Source: a virus
Strand: one strand, 5' to 3'
DNA length: 48,298 nucleotides
Virus record (IMG/VR): IMGVR_UViG_3300037762_000149
The translations under genes were made by a program, and so were the position numbers. Each line of letters begins with the position of its first letter. The stretch's first letter is position 1. Below, piece after piece: positions 7,971-15,898 of this stretch. The notes under the pieces are model-generated. The model saw only the letters and a list, made by a program, of their open reading frames with translations, did no database searches and had not been told where the DNA came from.

Positions 7971-9303
7971 AGAGCTTGGAGTAGGGGTTGGAGGCAAGGT
8001 TCGCGTGGCGATCGCTGATGATTCGGGATTGGTGTATAGCGATGACTACCGTCTAGGTTGGAAGAAGGGCTTCGAGTCGCTAGGCTGCGAGGTCAAGATC
8101 TTCGACATCAGTGCGCTGCGTCGGATTGGGACCACTACTCCCTCTCCGTATCGAAGCCGGACGATGCCGGGGACAGCGAAGTCGATCGCCGATCAGATCG
8201 CCAAGTGGCGACCGCATCTGGTGTGGTGCCACCATGGACGTGCGGCCAGCAACGAGGAGTTCCTTCAGCGGTTGCGTCGAGATGGGATCAAGACCGCTGT
8301 CTACCTCTGCGATGAGCCCTACGAGACCGGCGAGACGGCGCGCTACAGCCCGCGCTTCCAGTTCGTGTTCACGATGGACGCCTGCACCGTCGAGATTCAC
8401 CGAAGATCGAGGAAGGACCGATCACACGTCTTCTACCTGCCGCCAGGAGTCGACGTCGACCACTTCGCCTACCGGAACTACGACCAGCGGACGACGTCGG
8501 CCTTCTTTCTCGGCAACGCGACCTTGGTGCCGCGTCTGGAGTGGCTAAAGCCTGTCGAGCGAGTCGTCGACGGGGCGGACATTCGCTTCTTCAAGACGGT
8601 GGCGAAGCGTGATTCGAAGTGGGTCGCGGTCAGCGATCATCCGCGCTTCTATGGTGGTTGCCTCGTAGGGCTCAACGTCCATCGCAATCCAGCCATCACC
8701 GCGGAGTGCTTCAAGAAGCGGGTGCTTGGTCGACCCAAGTCGATGCATGTGCCTGAGGGATTATCGCTCTGCGTTCAGATGCCGAAGAAGGAAGGAACTG
8801 GTTTCTGGAACGATGCAAACCTTCCGGCGTCGCATGTGAACCCTCGATTCCTCGAGATGGCATCCTGTGGCACCTGCGTCGTCAGCGATGACCATCGCAG
8901 CGAGCTGAGGCGAATGTTTCCGATGGCGCCAAGGGCGCAGACGCCGGAGCATTTCGTCGAGCTGATCCTGCACTACATCAAGAACCGCGACGAAGCGGAG
9001 AAGATCGGACGCGCATGCTCCTTCCTCATTTCAAAGCGGCACAGCTACATGCACCGAGCGGCCGAGGTGCTGATCCGAACTGGCTTGCAAACGTCGGACA
9101 GGGGCGGCCCGCTTTCCTCCTTGGGGGTGCCGGAGGATTGGTTGAGTCCTCAGGACTTATCGCTGCTGCTGGAGAGATCGTCATCGGATCCAACTGGACC
9201 CTCCGCGCGTTGGTCCCCAGCGTATGGCATGTCGTTGATCTCACTGTCTGGAAGTCCGAGCGAGAGCGACTCGCTCGATGTCCCGTCTCCCTGGTTGTCG
9301 TAG
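7963..9303 (+). CDS. CgeB-like glycosyltransferase (DUF3880 plus Glyco_trans_1_2-like)
   Basis: 446 aa. NPRFLEMASCGTCVVSDD...FLISKRHSYMHRAAEVL resembles the C-terminal signature of the CgeB/spore-maturation GT family. The last ~70 codons overlap the next gene out of frame. Confidence 0.7.
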   Translation: MARELGVGVGGKVRVAIADDSGLVYSDDYRLGWKKGFESLGCEVKIFDISALRRIGTTTPSPYRSRTMPGTAKSIADQIAKWRPHLVWCHHGRAASNEEFLQRLRRDGIKTAVYLCDEPYETGETARYSPRFQFVFTMDACTVEIHRRSRKDRSHVFYLPPGVDVDHFAYRNYDQRTTSAFFLGNATLVPRLEWLKPVERVVDGADIRFFKTVAKRDSKWVAVSDHPRFYGGCLVGLNVHRNPAITAECFKKRVLGRPKSMHVPEGLSLCVQMPKKEGTGFWNDANLPASHVNPRFLEMASCGTCVVSDDHRSELRRMFPMAPRAQTPEHFVELILHYIKNRDEAEKIGRACSFLISKRHSYMHRAAEVLIRTGLQTSDRGGPLSSLGVPEDWLSPQDLSLLLERSSSDPTGPSARWSPAYGMSLISLSGSPSESDSLDVPSPWLS

Positions 9304-10031
9304 CCAACAAGAAGATCTTCGGTGGAGGCCCCTACTCGGTCGCTGGCAGCAACGCCCTGCGAACGATCGGGCAGAGGAAGTGGCCGATCGCCGAGATCTC
9401 GATCGACATCCCTCGAGCGGTGAAGCGAGCGAAGAACGGGCAGATCCAGCGGCAGCACTCGCCCGGCTTCATGCCGAAGACGTTCCGCGACGCCTACCAC
9501 CCTGGTGGCAACTCGCTGTGCTACATGATCCAGACGGCGCATCTGATGGGCTGCGCGCCGATCTACTGCCTCGGCTTCACCCTCTCCGCAGGGACCGGAT
9601 ACTTCTTCGGTCTGGAGAACCCGGTCACCGGCAAGCGGAGCTTCTACAGCGACCCGGACCGTGCCATCGAGTGGCTTCGGTGGTATAGATCGCAGTGGCC
9701 TGGCAGAGCGATGCTCTGGCCAGGATGGTCAGGTCCGGTCTACAACGCGCTCGAGGTGGTCGATGAAACCGAAGTCAGAAGACTCATCGAAGGTCGCTCT
9801 GCCAACGGAGAGCGACACCAACCAGAAGCGTCTGGTGGAGTGGAGCCCCAAGATGCAGTTCGGGTCGGCGAAGATCGACACGAACCAAGTCCGCGAGGAG
9901 GGGATGGTGCTCAAGTCGAGCGACTTCGACGAGAACGACCGGATCAACCCGTTCACGCAGATGGAAACCAACCCGTGCGGCGGACACCGGCCCACCGGAA
10001 AGGGGGCCTGATCCGTGGGCGACCGCACTGA
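9015..10031 (+). CDS. MptE/DUF115-like (Maf-type) glycosyltransferase candidate
   Basis: GRPAFLLGGAGGL...IVIGSNW...VWHVVDL and GGNSLCYMIQTAHLMGCAPIYCLGFTLS resemble the DUF115 fold. Only ATG 9015 precedes the motif. The C-terminal ~85 aa are Arg/Gly/Pro-rich and overlap ORF 9763..10011. Confidence 0.6.
   Translation: MLLPHFKAAQLHAPSGRGADPNWLANVGQGRPAFLLGGAGGLVESSGLIAAAGEIVIGSNWTLRALVPSVWHVVDLTVWKSERERLARCPVSLVVVANKKIFGGGPYSVAGSNALRTIGQRKWPIAEISIDIPRAVKRAKNGQIQRQHSPGFMPKTFRDAYHPGGNSLCYMIQTAHLMGCAPIYCLGFTLSAGTGYFFGLENPVTGKRSFYSDPDRAIEWLRWYRSQWPGRAMLWPGWSGPVYNALEVVDETEVRRLIEGRSANGERHQPEASGGVEPQDAVRVGEDRHEPSPRGGDGAQVERLRRERPDQPVHADGNQPVRRTPAHRKGGLIRGRPH
9763..10011 (+). CDS. Hypothetical small protein upstream of portal
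   Basis: 82 aa from ATG 9763. It has very high third-position GC and a protein-like sequence (MKPKSEDSSKVALPTESDTNQKRLVEWSPKMQFG...), in contrast to the overlapping DUF115 tail frame. Confidence 0.55.
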   Translation: MKPKSEDSSKVALPTESDTNQKRLVEWSPKMQFGSAKIDTNQVREEGMVLKSSDFDENDRINPFTQMETNPCGGHRPTGKGA

Positions 10032-12417
10032 GCTCGGGAACACGCTCGCGCCGGCATCGCCGCCGAACCCGCGCACTGGCGTGATGACCCAGCCGCAGCG
10101 CGGCATGGGCACGTTCTCGAGGCGTCCCGACACTGAGCCGATCCGTGGTCCCTACACGCTGACCGAGGATGCGTTCGAAGAAGGCACGCAACCAGAGGCA
10201 TCGGCTCGGCTCTACGAGGAGAGCGTCGGGTTCAAGAACCTCGCGAAAGATCCGTTCGTAGTCGAGCAAGCCAAGAGCGCTGTGCAGTCAGGACTCAAGG
10301 ACGTGTTCAACGTCATGGAGTTCCTGCGGAACAAGTGGCTCATCCTCTACCGGCTGTATCGAGGGGAGTCGCTCGACACGTTCACCTACGGCCGCCAGCG
10401 GCTGCACAGCCCGGAACCATTCAAGGCGGTCGAGACGTTGCACCCGAAGATCTTGCGCACGCTGTTCGCCACACCGCGCTGGTTCAAGATGTATGGGGAG
10501 CACACCGAGCACGACGCGGCTGCAGAGATGCAGGAGATGCTCTGCCGAGACCATCTGACGAAGACGCGGTATCGGCCGAAGTCGAGCCGGTTCCTGCGGG
10601 ACGGCTTGATCTACGGGACGGCGATCCAGAAGACCTACTGGCGCCAAGAGCTTCGCGAGATGACCTACCGGACCGCGAAGCGGGTTCCGGATCCGAACTT
10701 CCCTGGCGCATCGACGCTGGAGCTCGACAAGCTCACGCGGCAAGAACTGGTCTTCGACGGGAACGAGGTGCAGAACGTCTCGATCTTCGACTTCCTCACG
10801 AGCCCGAACGCGAGCTCGGTCGACGAGGCGGAGTGGGCCGCTGATCGGAGCGGATGGCCCGACTACAAGGTCAAGGCGATGGGCGAGCTCGGGCACTGGT
10901 TCAACCTGGAGGCGCTCAAGGAGCATCCTGGCAGCAGTGACACGAGCTTCGGTGATGAGTTCAAAGAGAGGAAGAGTTATGCCTATGGCGTCTTCGATCC
11001 TCGACAAGCGAGCTGGGCGCCTCACATCCCGCACTACGAGGTGATCGACTGGTGGGGTCCGCTGGTCATCAAGAACGACCGCGGCAACTACCAGACGAAG
11101 CTGTGCAACGTGGTGATGGTCGAGCCGAAGGGCTTGCAGCTCGTCGTGCGCGTGACCGAGTGCCCGTTCTGGCACCAGCAGAAGCCCTACCAAGCGTGGC
11201 GCCCGATCAGCCTGGAGGACGAGTTCTACGGCATCGGCGTCTTGGAGATGATCGCGCGGCTGTCGATGGAGAAGGACATGAAGCGCAACCTGCTCATGGC
11301 CTCCACGCAGCTCGAGGGCAACCCGATGTGGCTCATCGCCGACGATGCGAACGTGCCGGCGGGCCAGATCATCATCGAGCCAGGGCATGCGATCCGTGTC
11401 CCGGACATCGAGAAGTCGATCGCCCCGCTGCACGTGCCGCAGGTGAGTGACGCAGCGTTGAAGGCCGAGAACGTGTTGACGGTCGATATCCGCGAGACGA
11501 CAGGCGCGACGTCGCCTTCGATGGGCGGCAAGGATCCCTTCTCCGAAGGCAAGACGGCGACGCAGCACATGAGTGAGATCGATGAGGCGAACCTGCGTCT
11601 CGTGCCGATGATCGAAGCGTGGGAGGAAGAAGTCGGCGTTCCGATGCTGGTTCAGATGTCCTGGAACAACCAGCAGTTCATGTCCTACGAGCGCGTCGTG
11701 CGCGATCTGGGACCGATGGGGCTGCGTTACCAGGACCGCTACAACATCCGCCCGCAGGACATCATTGGCCGCTTCCTCGCGATCCCGCTCGCCAGCCACA
11801 AGCTGACGACGAAGATGGCGAACACTCAGCAGCTAGTGAACATCCTTGACCGTGTTCCGATCTTGATTCAGACATATGGGCCTCAGGCCATCAATGGTCC
11901 GAAGCTGCTGGCGATGATCCTCGAGCACGGGTTCGACATCCGGAACGTGGACGAGATCGTGAAGGTGCCGAACGAGCTGAACCTGCTTACCCCGTCGCAG
12001 GAACACGAGCTCTGGTATCACGGCAACGTCCCGCCGCGGAAGCCGGACGACAACGACATGCGGCACATCCTCGGCCACCTCGAGGAGATGTCGTCGACGC
12101 GCTTCAAGGAGCTGGAGAAGCGAAGCCCAGGCACGGCTGCGCGCGCGAAGGCTCACACGATGGAGCACATGGCCAAGCTGGAACAGAAGCAGATGTTCCA
12201 GGAGGACATGCTGCAGCAGTTCGCCCAGGTCGGTGCGCAGATGGGCTTGATGAACGGCCCAGGCGGCGGTGGCGGCGAGTCGCCGATCGCTGGCGCGGCC
12301 GGGCCAGATCAGGAGCCTGGATCGCCGAAGGTCAGGAGCAACGAGAACGAGCGTGGCGAGGGTGGTGGCGCGAAGAGCGAGGGCATGCGCAACGCTCCGA
12401 ACGGAGGCGCCCAATGA
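10015..12417 (+). CDS. Portal (head-tail connector) protein
   Basis: 800 aa, positioned between the terL block and scaffold/MCP. FLRNKWLILYRLYRGES...PEPFKAVETLHPKILRTLF resembles T7-type connector proteins. Gly-rich basic C-tail. The GTG start could be later (ATG 10084). Confidence 0.85.
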   Translation: MGDRTELGNTLAPASPPNPRTGVMTQPQRGMGTFSRRPDTEPIRGPYTLTEDAFEEGTQPEASARLYEESVGFKNLAKDPFVVEQAKSAVQSGLKDVFNVMEFLRNKWLILYRLYRGESLDTFTYGRQRLHSPEPFKAVETLHPKILRTLFATPRWFKMYGEHTEHDAAAEMQEMLCRDHLTKTRYRPKSSRFLRDGLIYGTAIQKTYWRQELREMTYRTAKRVPDPNFPGASTLELDKLTRQELVFDGNEVQNVSIFDFLTSPNASSVDEAEWAADRSGWPDYKVKAMGELGHWFNLEALKEHPGSSDTSFGDEFKERKSYAYGVFDPRQASWAPHIPHYEVIDWWGPLVIKNDRGNYQTKLCNVVMVEPKGLQLVVRVTECPFWHQQKPYQAWRPISLEDEFYGIGVLEMIARLSMEKDMKRNLLMASTQLEGNPMWLIADDANVPAGQIIIEPGHAIRVPDIEKSIAPLHVPQVSDAALKAENVLTVDIRETTGATSPSMGGKDPFSEGKTATQHMSEIDEANLRLVPMIEAWEEEVGVPMLVQMSWNNQQFMSYERVVRDLGPMGLRYQDRYNIRPQDIIGRFLAIPLASHKLTTKMANTQQLVNILDRVPILIQTYGPQAINGPKLLAMILEHGFDIRNVDEIVKVPNELNLLTPSQEHELWYHGNVPPRKPDDNDMRHILGHLEEMSSTRFKELEKRSPGTAARAKAHTMEHMAKLEQKQMFQEDMLQQFAQVGAQMGLMNGPGGGGGESPIAGAAGPDQEPGSPKVRSNENERGEGGGAKSEGMRNAPNGGAQ

Positions 12418-12833
12418 GGCGCGCCGAAGACGGATTGCCGGACAGCTTCTGGGACGTCAAGGTTCGGGAGCAGTCCGAAGAGGACTACTTTCGTCGGGAG
12501 ATCCTCGATCTGCAGGTGCAGCTCGAAACGATCACGAAGGTCGAGCTGATTCGTCACGCGCCAGGGTTCCAGGACTTCCTGAAGGCCGTCCAGGCTCGAC
12601 ACGCGCTGGCCAGGGAGAAGCTCGTCGGGGACGGGAACCTCACCAACGATGGCCTGCGGGAGCAGCGTGGCCGCGTGAAGGAGCTCGAGAGCGTTCTGGC
12701 CTTGTTGACGAAGCCTCAGATGCACCCGGAGCTTGCGCAACACCTCGCGGAGCGCAAGAATCAGTTGGCCGAGGTGCTCCGGCGTCGGCCGAAGCCCAAG
12801 ACCGAAAACCAACCAACAGAGGTGAAACCGTGA
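12414..12833 (+). CDS. Coiled-coil head-assembly protein (scaffold-like)
   Basis: 139 aa. ATGA overlap with the portal stop. Heptad-rich charged sequence. Confidence 0.6.
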   Translation: MRRAEDGLPDSFWDVKVREQSEEDYFRREILDLQVQLETITKVELIRHAPGFQDFLKAVQARHALAREKLVGDGNLTNDGLREQRGRVKELESVLALLTKPQMHPELAQHLAERKNQLAEVLRRRPKPKTENQPTEVKP

Positions 12834-13030
12834 GCAACAACGAGACTCCAGGCCCGATCCAGGCCAAGACCGGCGACAACGCGAAGGCCATCGTCCGCTC
12901 GACGGGCCTCGCGGCGACCTGCAGTGCGATGGATAGCAAGACCCGGAGCGGCCACCCGGCCACCGAGGTCAACAACCTGTGGCAGGACACCCCGTGCGGG
13001 TGGGGAGATGGCAACAACGTCAAGACGTGA
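12830..13030 (+). CDS. Hypothetical small protein
   Basis: 66 aa from GTG 12830 (GTGA overlap with the upstream stop). Very high third-position GC. This is the 3' end of the longer track ORF 12269..13030, whose upstream part is a portal shadow. Confidence 0.55.
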   Translation: MSNNETPGPIQAKTGDNAKAIVRSTGLAATCSAMDSKTRSGHPATEVNNLWQDTPCGWGDGNNVKT

Positions 13031-13132
13031 GCAGCCGCAAGGCTGCTCTGAGCGGTCGACGTGATTCCATCTTTATCGCCTCATCGGCGACTGATTTCGA
13101 TGATCGTCCACCGCTCAGAGCTTTCTTGCTCT
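13029..13132 (+). promoter_or_regulatory. Multi-stem structured intergenic element
   Basis: 8-bp stem gagcagcc/ggctgctc with GCAA loop (13029-13048). 11-bp long-range pair ctctgagcggt (13046-13056) / accgctcagag (13110-13120), which encloses tcatcg/cgatga (13081-13086 / 13098-13103). Then agagc/gctct (13117-13132). Confidence 0.5.
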
Positions 13133-13208
13133 GATCGCTGAACCCGGAGTCGCGACCGGACGGCACTGAATCCTGAATGACGGAAGTCGTGCACCGTCGA
13201 AACGAACG

Positions 13209-14207
13209 ATGACACAGCCAGGAGAACAACCTCCCAGCAACTTCGATGCACGAGCCGACAAGGCGGCTCTGGCGTTGAGGCAAAACCTCAACCGTCAGGG
13301 TCGACAGGTGCCGGAGTCGGCCCCTGTCGAAGTCGATTCACGAGGCAACCCTCCTCATCCCCCACCTCCGAAGGGCAGCTACGCTGCGCAAGCGATGGAC
13401 CGTCAACTGCAAAGGACGCAAGCTCGCATGATGCAACCGCCGCCACGGGCTGAGGGGTTGATGGCCGAAGGGGACGACGTCTCGGATGAAGCTTCGCCGC
13501 GGACCGTAGAGCCAACTTCGCAGAGAGCAGAGCAACGGATTCAGGAGCTGGTAGGCCAGCTTCGCAGCAAGGATCAGGAGCTCCAGACCGCGATCGAGAT
13601 GGGCAAGAAGGCCACGGAGACTGCTTCGCAGTTCCAGGCGCGACTCGCTTCTCTCGAGCAGCAGCATCAGAACATGCTGCAAGCGAACCTGGATCGTCTC
13701 GATCCCGACACGCGAGCGCAGGTCTTGATGGACGCCCGGATGCAGCAGACGCTGGGCGAGTTCGAGCAGCGGATCCTGGGCAGGATCCAGCCGACTTTGA
13801 ACACCTTGTCACAGGCGGCCGCGCAGTCCGAAATGGTCGCGCTCGGCCAAAAGTATTCAGGGTTCATCTACCAGACGCATGCCCCGCTCATCGATCAGTT
13901 TCGTGCGAGGAACCCGCACTGCTCGATCGAACAAGCGTTCCGTGCGATTGCCGAACCCGAAGAGCTGGTTGTGCGGTCAGCGGTCCGTGCGCAGGCAGTC
14001 CCTCCATTCGTTCCCCCTGGGAACGGAGATCTGGGAGCCGCGCGCTACGCGTCTCCGAGTGCCCGACAGCCGCAAGCCCAACAGGAAGACGAGCTGGTCG
14101 AAGAGGCGCGCCGCATTAAAGAGCTGCGCGCGTCGACCGATCCAGCGAAGCAGAAGGAAGGGATGCAGCTTCTCGATCAGCACTTGAAGCGCAGACTCGG
14201 CGGCTGA
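13209..14207 (+). CDS. Scaffolding protein candidate
   Basis: 332 aa, Q/E/R-rich with predicted coiled coil, immediately upstream of the major capsid gene (T7-like order portal-scaffold-capsid). Confidence 0.65.
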   Translation: MTQPGEQPPSNFDARADKAALALRQNLNRQGRQVPESAPVEVDSRGNPPHPPPPKGSYAAQAMDRQLQRTQARMMQPPPRAEGLMAEGDDVSDEASPRTVEPTSQRAEQRIQELVGQLRSKDQELQTAIEMGKKATETASQFQARLASLEQQHQNMLQANLDRLDPDTRAQVLMDARMQQTLGEFEQRILGRIQPTLNTLSQAAAQSEMVALGQKYSGFIYQTHAPLIDQFRARNPHCSIEQAFRAIAEPEELVVRSAVRAQAVPPFVPPGNGDLGAARYASPSARQPQAQQEDELVEEARRIKELRASTDPAKQKEGMQLLDQHLKRRLGG

Positions 14208-14221
14208 CAGGTCGCGGCGGG

Positions 14222-14249
14222 GCTGCCTGAGACTTCCAACTCAGGCAGC
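14222..14249 (+). promoter_or_regulatory. Perfect 10-bp hairpin 4 nt upstream of the capsid ATG
   Basis: gctgcctgag-acttccaa-ctcaggcagc. There is no Shine-Dalgarno between it and ATG 14254, and no T-run. Confidence 0.6.
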
Positions 14250-14253
14250 AAGC

Positions 14254-15282
14254 ATGGCCTTCGTGGCAAACACCGCAGTCCTCAACTCGTTCGATGTCGG
14301 AACGGGTAACCGCGAGGATCTCCTCGACATCATCACCAACATCTCGCCGATGGACACGCTCTTTCTGAGCGGGTTCGAGAAGGTTCCGGCGAACAACATC
14401 AGCCACGAATGGCTGGTCGACATCCTCGCCGCGTTCGGCGATCCCGATGTGGGCAACGCGGACGTGCAGGCCACGCCCGAGGGTTCGGACGCCACGTTCG
14501 ATCCACTCGTGCCGCGCAAGCGCCTCTGCAACCTGACCCACATCATCCGTCGCACGTTCGACGTGTCCGACACGCAGCGCGACATCAACACCGCGGGGAT
14601 CAGGGACGAATACGTCTACCAGCTCCGCAAGGCGACGATGGAGCTTGCCCGCTTCATCGAGTTCGCGCTGGTGCACAGCGAGCGCCAGAGCCAAACGGCT
14701 CAGGGCAACAGTGGCGGCGTGCTGCCGCGCAAGATGGACGGCTTCTACGCCTTCGCGGCGGCCTCCGACCCGACCTGCGCGACGACGCTCGGTCTCAGCG
14801 CCGACGAGATGGGGACCGTGACCACGGTGGTCGGCAGCTCGCCCGAAGACTGCATCACGGAGTGCATCCTGAACGAGCACCTCCAGGCGATGTGGGAGAA
14901 GGGCGCAATGACCGACACGCTGTGGGCCAACGCCGCACAGAAGCGGTCGTTGAGCAATCTCACGCTCAGCCCCAACAGCAACGTCCGCTACAACATCCCC
15001 GTCGCGGATCGGACGGTCATCAACACGGTCGACTTCTACCAGAGCGACTTCGGCACGCAGCGGATCTACCTGCACCGCTACCAGCGCAACGACCGCATCT
15101 CGATGGCGGAAGCCAACAAGCTACGCATCGCCGTGCTGCGTCCCGTGCTGGCGGTGGAGCTCGCGAAGATCGGCTCCAGCACGAAGGGCATGGTGGAGTG
15201 GGAGGGCACGCTCGAGGTGCTCGCGCCCAACGCGATCGGCTACATCGACGGACTCTGCACCGGCGTCAGCGGGTGCCCGTGA
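14254..15282 (+). CDS. Major capsid protein (HK97 fold, SU10/DUF5309-like)
   Basis: 342 aa. The N-terminal NREDLLDIITNISPMDTLFLS motif is characteristic of this capsid family, and the gene follows the scaffold. Confidence 0.9.
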   Translation: MAFVANTAVLNSFDVGTGNREDLLDIITNISPMDTLFLSGFEKVPANNISHEWLVDILAAFGDPDVGNADVQATPEGSDATFDPLVPRKRLCNLTHIIRRTFDVSDTQRDINTAGIRDEYVYQLRKATMELARFIEFALVHSERQSQTAQGNSGGVLPRKMDGFYAFAAASDPTCATTLGLSADEMGTVTTVVGSSPEDCITECILNEHLQAMWEKGAMTDTLWANAAQKRSLSNLTLSPNSNVRYNIPVADRTVINTVDFYQSDFGTQRIYLHRYQRNDRISMAEANKLRIAVLRPVLAVELAKIGSSTKGMVEWEGTLEVLAPNAIGYIDGLCTGVSGCP

Positions 15283-15419
15283 TGGCTGAGCGGGTCTGTG
15301 CAAAGTGCATGGCCCCGGTGAGAGCGGAGCGGTCAGCCACACGGCTGACCCTCCGCTGCACCAACGTGACCTGCGGCTACAAGGTCGTGAAGAGCGTGGT
15401 GGCCAAGGGCTACGGCTGA
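15282..15419 (+). CDS. Mini zinc-ribbon protein
   Basis: 45 aa (MAERVCAKCMAPV...LRCTNVTCGYKV). CxxC...CxxxxC. The ATG shares one base with the capsid stop (TGATG). Confidence 0.5.
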   Translation: MAERVCAKCMAPVRAERSATRLTLRCTNVTCGYKVVKSVVAKGYG

Positions 15420-15472
15420 GGCGGCAAGAAGCGCCCTTGCGGTCGCAAGCGGCTGGTGGTGCGAGGTCGACG

Positions 15473-15898
15473 ATGATCTACACGTTCAAGTGCAACCGTG
15501 GGCACGTGGCTGAGGTCTCGGCCCCGATCTCCGTTGGCCCACCGCCCGCTCTGGCTTGCGACTGCGGTCGCGCCATGGAGCGAGACTGGAAGGCCGATGC
15601 GCCGATGCTCGATACCAGCGCTTGCCGCGATCACAGCGAGATCAGGGCCGACAAGCGCGCCCGTAGTGCGTGGGACGGCAACCAGAGTCCGGATGCCGTC
15701 GAGTCGAAGTTCAAGCAGCACGTGCAGCATCGGCGAAGGGAGATTCGCGAGGCAGGAGGGCAGCAGGGCAGCCTCAAGCAGACGCACGCGGTGCCAGCAC
15801 ACCTCTACCATGGCAAGATCAAGGAGACCGGCGACCAGAACTACTGGAGTGATCCGAAGAACCTAAGCAGGCACAACGACTGTAAGGTGGACGAATGA
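15473..15898 (+). CDS. Zinc-ribbon-like protein (FmdB-style N-terminus)
   Basis: 141 aa from the internal ATG 15473 of track ORF 15305..15898. MIYTFKCNRGH...ACDCG. ATGA coupling to the next gene. Confidence 0.55.
   Translation: MIYTFKCNRGHVAEVSAPISVGPPPALACDCGRAMERDWKADAPMLDTSACRDHSEIRADKRARSAWDGNQSPDAVESKFKQHVQHRRREIREAGGQQGSLKQTHAVPAHLYHGKIKETGDQNYWSDPKNLSRHNDCKVDE

Noticed and set aside
10288-11799. 503-aa - strand ORF antisense to the portal gene (similarly 14116..15075 antisense to the capsid gene, 5923..6687 antisense to terL and 6981..7997)
   Set aside because: They overlap genes with clear family motifs on the + strand and have a shadow-ORF composition (R, L, H, D, V runs). There is no independent start context.
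12269-13030. 253-aa track ORF overlapping the portal 3' end and the coiled-coil gene
   Set aside because: Only its last 66 codons (from GTG 12830, GTGA-coupled) have coding-like bias. The upstream part is an Arg/Ala-rich out-of-frame shadow of the portal gene and of 12414..12833.
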